Source: an uncultured Chloroflexia bacterium
GTDB lineage: Bacteria > Chloroflexota > Limnocylindria > QHBO01
Reading direction: 5' to 3'
DNA: 64,000 nucleotides
Assembly: GCA_963806695.1 (NCBI GenBank)
Contig: CAWDYT010000002.1
Location: 3,968 to 67,967, forward strand
The notes beneath the pieces are model-generated. The model was not told the DNA's origin. It searched no databases and saw only the letters and a list, made by a program, of their open reading frames with translations. The position numbers and the translations under genes were made by a program. Shown piece by piece: positions 33,447 to 43,117 of the stretch. Each line of letters opens with the position of its first letter. Positions within the stretch are counted from its first letter, which is position 1.

Positions 33447-34642
33447 TCACGACCCGGGCCCCAGCGGTTGCCATTCGCCCCGGGCGGATCCTGGGACGAG
33501 AAGCTGCCGGTCAGAGCCGTCGAGCACTGATGCTCCAGAGCCCCGTCGGGTCCCCGTTGACGTCGCGTGTCGCAAAGAGAATCCGGTCACCGTCGGGCGA
33601 GTACGCGAGCGGCCTGATTCCCGGCTCCGCCGCAATCGTCGCCTCGATTCCACTGGAAATGTCCAGCACGCGAAGCTCGGCGGCCGGCGAGCCACCGTTA
33701 GCGCTCCACGTGTAGGCAAGTCGATCGCCCAGGGGTGACCAAACGAGGTTGTGCCAGCCCCCGACTACGTCGGACCCATCGTCGCTCCGGTCAGTCAGGA
33801 CCTGAAGCTCCGTGCCATCGGCGTCGGCGATCACAAGGGAGGTGGTCCGCACATAGGGCTCGTAGGATTCGGAATCGGTGATGTAGGCGACACGCGTTCC
33901 GTCGGGCGAATACCCGAGATGGGGATGTTGGAATTGGGAAGGCCAATATCGGGGGTCGCCCATCGCGAGACGCCGTGGTCGTTGACCGTCGATCGGCATC
34001 AGGCAACCACCGGCGGCCACGACGGACCGCCCATCGAGCGACCAGATCGGGTCGTGATCGCCAAACGCCACGCAGCCACCCGGCGGAGAGAGCACTGCCT
34101 GGAGGTCGCCGTCGATCCCGTAGATCCCAACCGTCTCGAACAGCTCGATCCAGGTGGCCACCCGGGTGGAGTCGGGCGACCACGAGGCGAACCAGCCATC
34201 GCCCGGGAATGACGCGACCGGGTGGCCGTCCGCGTCGCTTATGCACACGCCTTCTCCGGATCGATAGGCAAGGTACCGACCGTCGGGTGACCACATCGGT
34301 CCTTCGCCGCCGAAGCCGGAGCACTCGCCGTCCTCGCCGTCGGCGATCCGGACCGGGTTCTGGCCGTCCGCGTCGGCGAGGTAGCCGTGCTCGTCGAGTT
34401 CGTAGGCTAGCTGGAACTGTGAGCTGTCCGGCGCTCCGGCCAGGAGGGCCGCTGCCCCGCCGGCGCCGATCAGCGCGGCAACCGCCAGGACCCGGAGGGG
34501 CCATCGGCGGCGGCGGCGGTCGAGTTCCGGCCGCGCGCTGCGCCGCAGGCGACTCGGCCCAGGATGGATCCGGGCCCAGCTCGTGATCGAGCGTCTGTCG
34601 CAAGGCGTCCCGCAGCTGGCGTTCGAGTTCGTCGGTCTGCAT
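33447..34642 (-). CDS. Putative anti-sigma factor with TolB/PD40-like repeats (frameshifts)
   Basis: MQTDELERQLRDAL N-terminus, TM, WSPDG/YSPDG repeats; directly downstream of an ECF sigma. Confidence 0.7.
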
Positions 34643-34645
34643 GGC

Positions 34646-35162
34646 TCAGCCTCCCGTCGTGGCCGCGGCGCCCGGTTCGGGTTCCAGGGCATCCTTGAGT
34701 CGGTCGAGGGCACGAGAGAGCATCGCGCCGACGTTGGTCGACGTGGTGTTGAGGATCTGCGCGATCGTCGTGTAGTCGTAGTCGTGGTAGTAGCGGAGGA
34801 TCACGGCGGCGCGCTGACGCGCCGGCAACACGTCGAGCGCCTGGAGGAGGGCCATGCGCGCGACGGTGATCACCCGCCGCGTCGGGCGCCGTCCAGGGCG
34901 ACAGGTCACCTACCGGCGAGGTCGTGCGACGGCGGCGCAGCGCCGCCAGCGCCTGGTTGACGACGATGCGGTGCAGCCACGCCGTCGAGGGCGCATCTCC
35001 TCGGTAGCGACCGCGGTGGCGGTAGGCTGCGACGTAGGCGTCCTGAGTGACATCGGCAGCGAGGGCCGGATCGCGGACGACGCCCAGCGCCGTTCGATAG
35101 GCGACGTCGTAGGTCCGCTCGTAGAAGGCGCCGAAGTCCGCGATCTCGAGGCGGAATGCCAT
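34646..35162 (-). CDS. ECF RNA polymerase sigma factor (frameshift)
   Basis: FGAFYERTY, DVTQDAY, WLHRIVVN; LPARQRAAVILRYYHD...IAQIL. Confidence 0.85.
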
Positions 35163-35448
35163 CGATTCGTTCCTCCAGCCGCCGAGGTCAAGGCCTTCGG
35201 TCATTACCCTAGAGATGCACCGAGGGCAGAATTCCTTACGCCTCGCGGCATCTTGGCCGAAAGATTGCGAGGAAGCGACCCGCCGCAACCCTCGGCAACG
35301 GATCCGCGCGAGCCCGGCCACCTCCGCCTCGGAGCTCGCAGGGAGGATCGGTGCGTCGGCAAAGTGGGCAGCTTCAGGACTCGGCTCGCCTTGCTCGACG
35401 CCGCTGCTGCGACGGCTGATTAGACAGATCCTCGAGACCAGTCCGAAG

Positions 35449-35604
35449 GCTGTGGCACAATGCGACGAGGAATTATCCGCTCTGTTTGAGCGTGAATCGT
35501 GCGCCCGTAGCTCAGCGGATCAGAGCAGCTGACTTCGGACTATCCCGGCCGATGCGCTGTAGCCCGAGCGTGGATGGGGAGCGTATCGCGTCGAGTTATC
35601 CGCT
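35449..35604 (+). repeat. Junction J4 (tRNA half 35501-35539, 1 substitution)
   Basis: Same three-part structure as J1. Confidence 0.95.
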
Positions 35605-35790
35605 CTCTTCCGGAGGTGCCTCCGCCCACCCTGGTCACCTTGGAGCGAACTCCTGCCCTGCTCACTCTCCGGCGGTGCGTCATCTGGTTGTCCAAGGACG
35701 AATCGGCTGTTTGACCGATGAGTTGCGCATCTGGCTGCAGTCTTCTGGATAGCGCCACCCCATGAGGGCGGCGAGGCAGAGGAGGCCCAG

Positions 35791-36036
35791 ATGGCCACGC
35801 AACGACGACTCGCGCGGGTGTTCGGAGTGACCGGTGACGTCCCCGCGACGCGCACGGTTCCGGACCTGGACGCGGCCCTCGGTCTCGTCCGCCGGCTGGG
35901 CGGGGCGATCGTGTCGGAGACGCGGACGGCGCCCGGCATCGGATCGTGGGCGTTCGTCTGCGACAGCGACGGCAGCGAGCTTGTGCTGTGGCAGAGCGCG
36001 CTCTCGGTCGCCCACCGCGGCGCTAACCCGGCCTAG
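35791..36036 (+). CDS. Small VOC/glyoxalase-like protein
   Basis: GAGG RBS; VPDLDAALGLVRRLGGAIV...PGIGSWAFVCDSDGSELVLWQ. Confidence 0.65.
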   Translation: MATQRRLARVFGVTGDVPATRTVPDLDAALGLVRRLGGAIVSETRTAPGIGSWAFVCDSDGSELVLWQSALSVAHRGANPA

Positions 36037-36224
36037 GCGGGGCCGAACCACGTGGTCAGCGCGTCAGCGAGACTCACCTGACGCTGAGCCGGTGATCCAG
36101 TCCCGCACCAGCTCGACGTAAGTCTCCGGCGCCTCCACTCCATGAGCCCGTCGACGAGGCGGCGTGGGTCGGTCAGCGTGCCGGTGCGAGCGCTCGGGCG
36201 CGGTGGCACCGCGATGGGCCGGCG

Positions 36225-36752
36225 CTACGGCCCGAATTCGATGCCCCCGCGAAGAACGTCGTAAGGCGAGCCCATCCTGAGGCGGTTCTGCCACATGCGG
36301 TCCAGGTTGGTTAGGCAGTCCGGTGTCTTGAGTGCGGGCTCCCCAGGCGCAATCTCGACAGTCCCTTTGTCGGGGGACCCGCGCTTGATAACGACCCATG
36401 CGGGATCGCCCACCTCCATGAACTCGCCCCCAACGGTGGTTGAACCGCCGATGATGACGATGCCGTCATCGGTCTCCCAAGCGCACTGCAGATCGACGGC
36501 GAAAGTGTTGGATCCTGACCAATTGGGGCCTACCGTCATGCGCCCCATCACGCTGGATCCCACTCGACTCGCTTCGAATTCGACCGGACCAAAGTCGTGT
36601 TCGACGAACTCGCCCCGGGCGATCAGCACCGGGCTCGGCGCTGGGATCGCGATGGTCCCGCCGAGCCCGGCCGGGCCGACCGTGAAGATTGCGGCAGCGC
36701 TCCCGATGACGATGAATGCGAGGACGGCGGCTACGCGCAGGTATGGCGTCAT
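36225..36752 (-). CDS. Exported protein, single-domain paralog of the ectodomain of 36875-37957
   Basis: MTPYLRVAAV...SPVLIARGEFVEHDFGPVEFEASRVGS, closely similar to the internal segment of the neighbour. Confidence 0.75.
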   Translation of the reverse strand: MTPYLRVAAVLAFIVIGSAAAIFTVGPAGLGGTIAIPAPSPVLIARGEFVEHDFGPVEFEASRVGSSVMGRMTVGPNWSGSNTFAVDLQCAWETDDGIVIIGGSTTVGGEFMEVGDPAWVVIKRGSPDKGTVEIAPGEPALKTPDCLTNLDRMWQNRLRMGSPYDVLRGGIEFGP

Positions 36753-36874
36753 GGCTGCTGTCCTCCAGGGGCCCGCCCCACGACCGGATCGGCGACGTGA
36801 CTCGACTGGCTCATGCGTTGCCTCCGTGTCTCGGTCATGGCTCGGGCGCGGTCGGCCTCACCGACGGCTCGTCG

Positions 36875-37957
36875 TTACGGACCAAGCTCGATGGTTCCGT
36901 CGACCGGATCGGCGAAATCCACCGGTTCCAGATGCGTGCTGCGCTCCCACATCAACTGCTCGTCGAGAAACTCGACGCATTGGCCGCCTCTGACTCGCCC
37001 GGACGGCCGTGGCCAGACGGACGCCTCCACGGGCGATCCGCGCTCCAGGTAGATCCCGGCCCAGTGGCCCTCTTGCGGGGCCTCCTCGCCCGACCTGTCT
37101 ATCACGACGCCACCGATCATGATCAGTCCATCCCGGGTCTCCCGGACGCACTGCAGATCGACGGTGCCCGTCCACGGCTCGTTCTGCCCTTGGCCCGACA
37201 CGGTCATGTGCCCCGTCACGTCGGAGCCTTCTCGAATCGCCTCGAATTCGACCTCACCGCCGATGGTCGCGAAGTTGCCTCGGGCAACCAGCACCGGGAT
37301 CGGCGGTCCGAACTCGATGCCCCCGTCGAGAACGGCGTAAGGCTCCGAGTCGTCTCCCATGTTCGCCAGGCAGTCCGTTGTCTGGGTCGCGGGCTCGCCA
37401 ATCGGAATCAAGACCATCGCTGCGGAGGGGTTCCCTCGCTTGATGACGACCCATGCAGGGTTGCCGACGTCCACAATCTGGTTCCGGACCGTCACGAAGC
37501 CGCCGATCATGACTCTGCCGTCGTCGGTCTCTCGAACGCACTGGAGTCCGACGGTCACCGGCCCCCATCCTTCCTTCGCGGCTATCGTCATGTATCCCGT
37601 CACGCCGGAGCCCACTCGACTCGCCTCGAATTCGACCCGACCCCAGTCGTGTTCGACGAAGTCGCCTCGGGCGATCAGCACTGGACTCGGCGATGGCGTG
37701 GCGTTCGTTCCGCCGAACCCGGCCGGGCCGAGCGTGAACATTGCGGCGGTGCTACCGATCGCGACGAGCGCGATGACGGCTGCGACGCGCAGGTATGACG
37801 TCATGGATGTGGTCCTCCACGGCCCTCGGAAGTCCCGTTCCTGTGGCGTGCTCCTGGCGGCCAGCAAGACGGCGTCGATCACCTCGGGCGGTGTCGCGTC
37901 CGAGCCGTCGTTCAGCCAACGGTCGACGGCTCGATCGAAGTCACGCTTGTCGTTCAT
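36875..37957 (-). CDS. Putative anti-sigma factor with two tandem extracytoplasmic domains
   Basis: Overlaps the sigma stop; short N-terminus (DRWLNDG...STPQER), TM, two copies of a PVLxARG..VEFEA..LQCVRET..IEFGP domain. Confidence 0.75.
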   Translation of the reverse strand: MNDKRDFDRAVDRWLNDGSDATPPEVIDAVLLAARSTPQERDFRGPWRTTSMTSYLRVAAVIALVAIGSTAAMFTLGPAGFGGTNATPSPSPVLIARGDFVEHDWGRVEFEASRVGSGVTGYMTIAAKEGWGPVTVGLQCVRETDDGRVMIGGFVTVRNQIVDVGNPAWVVIKRGNPSAAMVLIPIGEPATQTTDCLANMGDDSEPYAVLDGGIEFGPPIPVLVARGNFATIGGEVEFEAIREGSDVTGHMTVSGQGQNEPWTGTVDLQCVRETRDGLIMIGGVVIDRSGEEAPQEGHWAGIYLERGSPVEASVWPRPSGRVRGGQCVEFLDEQLMWERSTHLEPVDFADPVDGTIELGP

Positions 37958-38550
37958 GCCGGTCGTCCTTCTCTGAGATCCTGCGTCGCCTGCGCCTGCT
38001 CGAAAGCGGCGCGCAGCGCTCGGGTTGCATAGTGCAGACGAGATCGCGCAGTCCCGTCCGGGATGCCGAGCGTTTCGGCCACCGCCACCAGGGGCAGGCC
38101 CACGTGGTGATGCAGGACGAAGACCGCGCGCTGGTCGAGGGGGAGCCGGCGAAAGGCCTGCTCCAGCTCGTCACGGTCCACAATCTTCTGGATGTCGTCG
38201 GCGTCGCTCGCAACGCTGGAGTGAAGCACACGAATGGTCGATGCCCACCGGCGGTTGCGCGGTGCGTCCGCGTAACAGGCGTGGACAAGGATTCGGAAGG
38301 CCCATGCCTCGAAGCGGTCGGCGTCCCGCAGGTGCGGGAGCTTCCGCCAGATCGTCACCAGGGCGTTCTGCAGCACGTCCTCGGCGAGCGTGGGATCTCG
38401 GAGGATCCGCCTGGCGACACCCAGCAGCGTGTCACTGACCTGGTGCACCAGATCGGCAAACGCTTCCTGGTCGCCGGAGCGGGCTCGCTCCACCACATCT
38501 CTGTCCAAGACACCCTCGGTGCGGTGGTCATTCGACCTCCGTCTACCCAT
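37954..38550 (-). CDS. ECF RNA polymerase sigma factor
   Basis: GDQEAFADLV, EDVLQNAL, FEAWAFRILV, LGIPDGTARSRLHYA. Confidence 0.92.
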   Translation of the reverse strand: MGRRRSNDHRTEGVLDRDVVERARSGDQEAFADLVHQVSDTLLGVARRILRDPTLAEDVLQNALVTIWRKLPHLRDADRFEAWAFRILVHACYADAPRNRRWASTIRVLHSSVASDADDIQKIVDRDELEQAFRRLPLDQRAVFVLHHHVGLPLVAVAETLGIPDGTARSRLHYATRALRAAFEQAQATQDLREGRPA

Positions 38551-38725
38551 GATGAGGGTCGTGATCGGCGAAAACGTTCAGTGCGTCCCAAGATCCTCAG
38601 CGCGCACGCGGAGCGAGCGGTGGCTAGCTGTAGCGGCGGCTGATCGTCCGCCACAGGAACGTTTCGATGGGGCAGGGCCCGCTCGTAGGTTGGACCACTG
38701 GATTCGTCGGCTCGCAGCCAACACC

Positions 38726-38887
38726 GAGCGCTGTGGCACAATGCGACGACGAGTTATCCGCTCTCTTTAAGCGTGAAATCGGCGCCCGTAGCTCAGTGGA
38801 TCAGAGCAGCTGACTTCGGACTATCCCGGCCGATGCGCTGTAGCCCGAGCGTGGGCGGGGGAGCGTAGACGCGTCGAGTTATCCGCT
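38726..38887 (+). repeat. Junction J5 (tRNA half 38782-38820)
   Basis: Exact 39-nt half; flank gagcgctgtggcacaatgcgacgacgagttatccgct closely matches the flank of the intact tRNA. Confidence 0.95.
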
Positions 38888-39049
38888 GTCGCGCGTCCGC
38901 TTTCGCTGCCACTCCGGGCCTGTGAACCCGCAACGGGCCGCTCTGGGAGCGTCGCCAGGCGAAGCGGGAAGGCGGCCGCAGGGGCGGGAGGGCCTCCTGG
39001 CAGGTGCGATCTGAAGCAGTGCCGAAGCACTCGGTCGGAGTCAGCTCGG

Positions 39050-40048
39050 TCACGTGGCGATCCAGGCGTCGATCTCGCTCAGCAGCCCCGTCTTCCGCCC
39101 CTCGGGCAGGAAGCTGGCCGTGACCGAGTTGCGCGCCAACCGGGCCATCACCTCGTCGCTGAAGCCGAACGTCGCCCGCAGGGCCTCGTAGTTCGTGTCC
39201 GCGTAGCCCCCGAAATAGGCCGGGTCGTCGGAGTTGACCGTGACCAGGACGCCCGCCTCGAGGAAGGCCGGCAGCGGATGGTCCGCCAGCGTGTCCACGC
39301 ACCGGAGCCGTACGTTGGACAGCGGACACATGGTCAGCGGGGTCCCGGCGCGCGCCAACCGATCCATCAGGGCCGGGTCATCGATCGCCTGGATGCCGTG
39401 GTCGACCCGCTCGATGTGCAGCAGGTCGAGCGCCTCGGTCACCGATGCGGCCCCGCCCTCCTCGCCCGCGTGAGCGACCCGGTGGAGTCCCAGTTCACCG
39501 GCGCGGGCGTACACGCGTTGGAACTTGGCGGGCGGGTTGCCGACCTCGGCCGAGTCCAGACCGATCCCGATGATCGGCGCACCGGCCTCCTCCAGAGCGG
39601 CCAGCATCGCCAGGGCCTCCTCCTCGGAGCGGTCCCGGTGGAAGCAGGCGATCAGCTCGACGGTCGTGCCGTGGTCGCGTTCGGCGGCGGCGATGCCCGA
39701 CGCCAGCCCGTCCAGGACCCGCTGGAGCGGGATGCCGCGGGCGACGTGGGGCTGCGGGTCGAAGAACGCTTCGACGTGACGTACGCCGCCGGCGGCCGCC
39801 CGGGCGACATAGGCGGTCACCAGGTCGCTGAAGTCCTCCTCGGTCTGCAGCACGGTGAGGTTCGCGTAGAGCAGGTCCAGGAAGCTCTGCAGGTCGGTGA
39901 ACTCGTACCGACCGCGCAGGTCCTCCAGGTCGGCGTAGGGCAGCTCGACCTTGTTGCGGCGGGCCAGTTCCAGCACGGTCTCCGGCTCCAGGGTGCCTTC
40001 GAGATGGAGGTGCAACTCGACCTTGGGAAGGGTGCTCAGATCGCGCAT
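39050..40048 (-). CDS. add: Adenosine/adenine deaminase
   Basis: LPKVELHLHLEGTLE, AHAGEEG, CPLSN, VNSDDPAYFGGY. Confidence 0.9.
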   Translation of the reverse strand: MRDLSTLPKVELHLHLEGTLEPETVLELARRNKVELPYADLEDLRGRYEFTDLQSFLDLLYANLTVLQTEEDFSDLVTAYVARAAAGGVRHVEAFFDPQPHVARGIPLQRVLDGLASGIAAAERDHGTTVELIACFHRDRSEEEALAMLAALEEAGAPIIGIGLDSAEVGNPPAKFQRVYARAGELGLHRVAHAGEEGGAASVTEALDLLHIERVDHGIQAIDDPALMDRLARAGTPLTMCPLSNVRLRCVDTLADHPLPAFLEAGVLVTVNSDDPAYFGGYADTNYEALRATFGFSDEVMARLARNSVTASFLPEGRKTGLLSEIDAWIAT

Positions 40049-40304
40049 CGGGTTCCCTTCTGGACGCTGCCGGTCACGGTGCGGTGACACCGAGGCTACA
40101 TTCGGATATTGCAGTGCGGGCAGATCACGTGGGGGATCGTATCGGCTCCCCACCGTGAACGTCACATGTGTGATAGCGATACACTTGCGGAGAGCGAACG
40201 TTACGACCCTGGGATGGAAGGCGCGCCAGAGGGGCGGGCTGCTCGGGCCAGCGTCATCTCGCAGGGACCAGGTTCCTCACTCGGCGCCTACTTCGTCCAG
40301 AATC

Positions 40305-40439
40305 GACTTTTCCGCTCTCTTTGAGCGCGAATATGCGCCCGTAGCTCAGTGGATCAGAGCAGCTGACTTCGGACTATCCCGGCCGATGCGCTGTAGCCCG
40401 AGCGGGGATGTGGGAGCGAAACGCGTCGAGTTATCTGCT
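40305..40439 (+). repeat. Junction J6 (tRNA half 40335-40373; TGGCACAAT motif absent)
   Basis: gacttttccgctctctttgagcgcga + exact half + arm ending gagttatctgct. Confidence 0.93.
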
Positions 40440-40567
40440 CTCTTCGCAGGTCTTTAGGGTCCGGGCCTCCGACGACGCCGCCACGAAACTCGTGTGCCCG
40501 TGGCTAATTAGCCACACTAGGTTGCCGACGGCCGCCCGTGACCCGGGCGCCCCCGCGATGACGATCC

Positions 40568-41022
40568 TCACCCTGGCTTGACGACCATCAAGACGATGAT
40601 CGTGACGACGATTACGGCGAGGATGATGCCGACCAGGCGAGCGCGAGCGCCGAGCGCAGCGAACTCGGCGGTTCCTGCCCCACTCGCTTCGTACGCCGCG
40701 ATCTGGCGTTTCAGGGTCGGGGAGTAGAAGAAGAAGGCCACCGTGCCCATCACCAGATACAGCCCGATGGCGGCATAGATCCAGAACTGGGTGAACTCCC
40801 ATGGGCCGAGCAGCACCAGCAGGATGCCGACGATGAGAAGGCCGGCGTAGGAGGGATTCGCCACCCGATCGTCCAGGAACTTGATGCCGCGCAATGCAAA
40901 GCCGGTGTTGCTCAGACTCCCGCGTCGCACGCGCCTGCCAGACTCCCGTAGCTGATGTTCACACCGACCGCCACAATCGCGAACAGGATGTGCAGCGTCT
41001 TCAACCAGGGATACCAGTCCAT
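40568..41022 (-). CDS. DUF2269-like membrane protein (frameshift)
   Basis: MDWYPWLKTLHILFAIVAVG ... IIVLMVVKPG. Confidence 0.75.
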
Positions 41023-41189
41023 GTCGCCCTCCTGAGCCCAAGCGTCTTAACCCAACGCCGCTTACGAAGCGTTCGCCACCGTTCACCCACTGCAACGTGG
41101 AGATCCTGGAAGTTCGATGTTGGGGATCACTGCCACCACGCCGCTTGGTCGGGACGGAATCTGTTGACATGCCGGACGTCACCTCGCGT

Positions 41190-42844
41190 TCGGCGAGATA
41201 CTCGTGCACCCGACGGATCACTGTTGAACCCTCACCGACGGCAGCGGCTACGCGCTTCAGTCAGCCACCCCGAACGTCGCCTACCGCGAAGACGCCGGGC
41301 ACACTCGTTTCAAGGGCGGACGGTGGTCGGGCAGCCCCGACTTTCGGCCCTACCGAACGGAGTCGGTCAGGACGTATCCCCGATCGTCGCGCTCGATGTC
41401 GGCCGGCAGCCAACCGGTGCGTGGCGAAGCACCGATCATGATGAAGACGGCCGCGGCGGGGACTGCCTCCGTGTGATTGGCGGCGCCGTCGTGGATGGTC
41501 AGGCTGCGGAGGCGGAAGTCACCGGCCCCCTCGACAACCACGGTGTTCAGGCGGATCGCGATGTTGTCGCGGGCCTCGAGGTCGCGGACCAGGTAGTCGG
41601 ACATCTCGGTCAGCGACGGTCCCCGAACCAATACCGTGACGCGGGCGGCGAACCGGCTGAGATAAAGGGCTGCTTGGCCGGCCGAGTTGGCGCCGCCTAC
41701 CACGTATACGTCCTCGTCAACCATGCCGGGAGCTCCACGCCGGCGCCATAGAAGACGCCGCGGCCGACGAGTGCCTCGAGGCTGTCGATGCCGATGCGCC
41801 GGTAGCTGACGCCCGTTGCCAGGACGATCGCTCGGCTGCGGACTTCGGAGCCGTCATCGAGTACCAGCACGCGAGGATCCGGCTCCACGAGTAGGCCGCT
41901 GTAGCGGCGCGGCCGATGAGAAACCGAGCGCCGAGGATCCAGGCCTGGAGATAGGCCCGGTTGGTCAGCTCGGCGCCACTCAGCCCGCGCGGGAAACCGA
42001 GGTAGTTGCGGATCCGCGAGCTGGTACCGGCCTGACCGCCGAGCGCCTCGTTCTCGAGTACCAGCACCCTGAGGCCCTCGGATGCGCCATAGACGGCTGC
42101 TGCCAGACCGGCTGGGCCCGATCCTACGATGGTGACGTCGAAGACCTCAGAGCCGGGATCCGTATTCACGCCCAGAGCGTCTGCTACGTCCGCTGGAGTT
42201 GGCTTTGACAGCACTCGGCCGTTGAAGAGGACCGCGACCGGTAGAGGGGCCGGGAGCCCGCTCCTCTCCAACAGCCCGCGGCCTTCGTCGCTGTCGGCAT
42301 CGTAGTAGCGGAACGGGACGTTGCTGCGCTGCAGAGCATCTTGCAGCCCGTGGGTGTACGGGTCCCACCGGTCGCCCACGATGCTCACCGCTTCGAACGG
42401 TGGCCGGTGGCTGCGATCCCACTCGTCCAGGAGTTCGGTGACGGCATGGCAGAACTGCTCATCGGCATCGCGCCAAGGGCGGTCGATGTAGGTGTCGATC
42501 TGTCCCAGCGCGGATGCCTTGATGATCGAGTCGGCTGTCGAGCGATCACCCCAGTTGATCAGCAGCGCCCGTTTCGCGTCGCGGTGGATCGAGCTCACCC
42601 GCGCCAGGAGTTCGGTGCCGGTCATGTCGGGCATCGATTGGTTAGCCAGGACCAGCGCGACGTCGGTGCCGTTGAGACGCAGCTCGTCGAGCGTCTTCAA
42701 GGCCTTCTGCGGAGAGGCCGGAGTGAGGACTTCGTAGTCCGCGCCGAACCTGCGCTCCAGGATGGTGCGAAGTCGCGCGCCGGAATCCGCCTCATCGTCC
42801 ACCGCGACGATCGCGGCCGGCTCGGTTGGAGGTTTGCTGCTCAT
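41190..42844 (-). pseudogene. Receiver domain + thioredoxin-reductase-like FAD oxidoreductase (frameshifts and an in-frame TGA)
   Basis: IVAVDDE receiver; GSGPAGLAAAVYGASEGL, GGQAGTSSRIRNYLGFP, GGANSAGQAA, GDVRGG*LKRVAAAVGEG. Confidence 0.75.
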
Positions 42845-42899
42845 GTGGCTCGTATCGCGGCCCGGGGTCGGTGGGTTGCTGCTTCATGATAAGCCCGGC

Positions 42900-43047
42900 A
42901 CCTTCACCGACCGGTGTGCAGAACTGGATCATGCTGCCCGAGCCGTTCTTCGACCCGTTGCGGCAGGAACCGCGATTTCGGAACGTCATGCGGCGACTTG
43001 GGTTGCCGGAATGGACGCCGCCCGCAGGAGGCCTGCCGCATCAGTGA
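42900..43047 (+). pseudogene. 3' fragment resembling the C-terminal tail of TPR-containing proteins
   Basis: EPFFDPLRQEPRFRNVMRRLGLP, ending just before the tRNA flank. Confidence 0.55.
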
Positions 43048-43060
43048 GACCGGGTCATCC

Positions 43061-43117
43061 GAGCGCTGTGGCACAATGCTGGCGACGAGTTATCCGCTCA
43101 GTTTGAGCGTGAAATCG
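43061..43117 (+). promoter_or_regulatory. Conserved tRNA upstream flank with putative extended -10 (TGGCACAAT), GAGTTATCCGCT box and CGCTC/GAGCG palindrome
   Basis: Shared with junctions J1-J6 (degenerate in J2; partial in J6). Confidence 0.6.

Noticed and set aside
38821-38887. Arm as an attC-like hairpin, or a tRNA intron / split tRNA
   Set aside because: The gccc/gggc stem seen in J3 and J5 is broken in J1, J4 and J6 without compensation. No matching 3' tRNA halves follow the arms, and no group I/II intron features are visible.
41261-41263. In-frame TGA in the TrxB-like gene as selenocysteine
   Set aside because: The position corresponds to the Ser of GDVRxGSxKRVA, not a redox Cys. A TCA>TGA mutation or sequencing error is more likely.
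43068-43085. Sigma54 promoter (TGGCAC)
   Set aside because: No TTGC at the required -12 spacing in any copy; an extended -10 fits better.
43090-43100. TTATCCGCTCA matches part of the lac operator and resembles a DnaA box
   Set aside because: The match is only 10-11 bp with no other vector sequence. It has two mismatches to TTATCCACA and no oriC context. Treated as coincidence.
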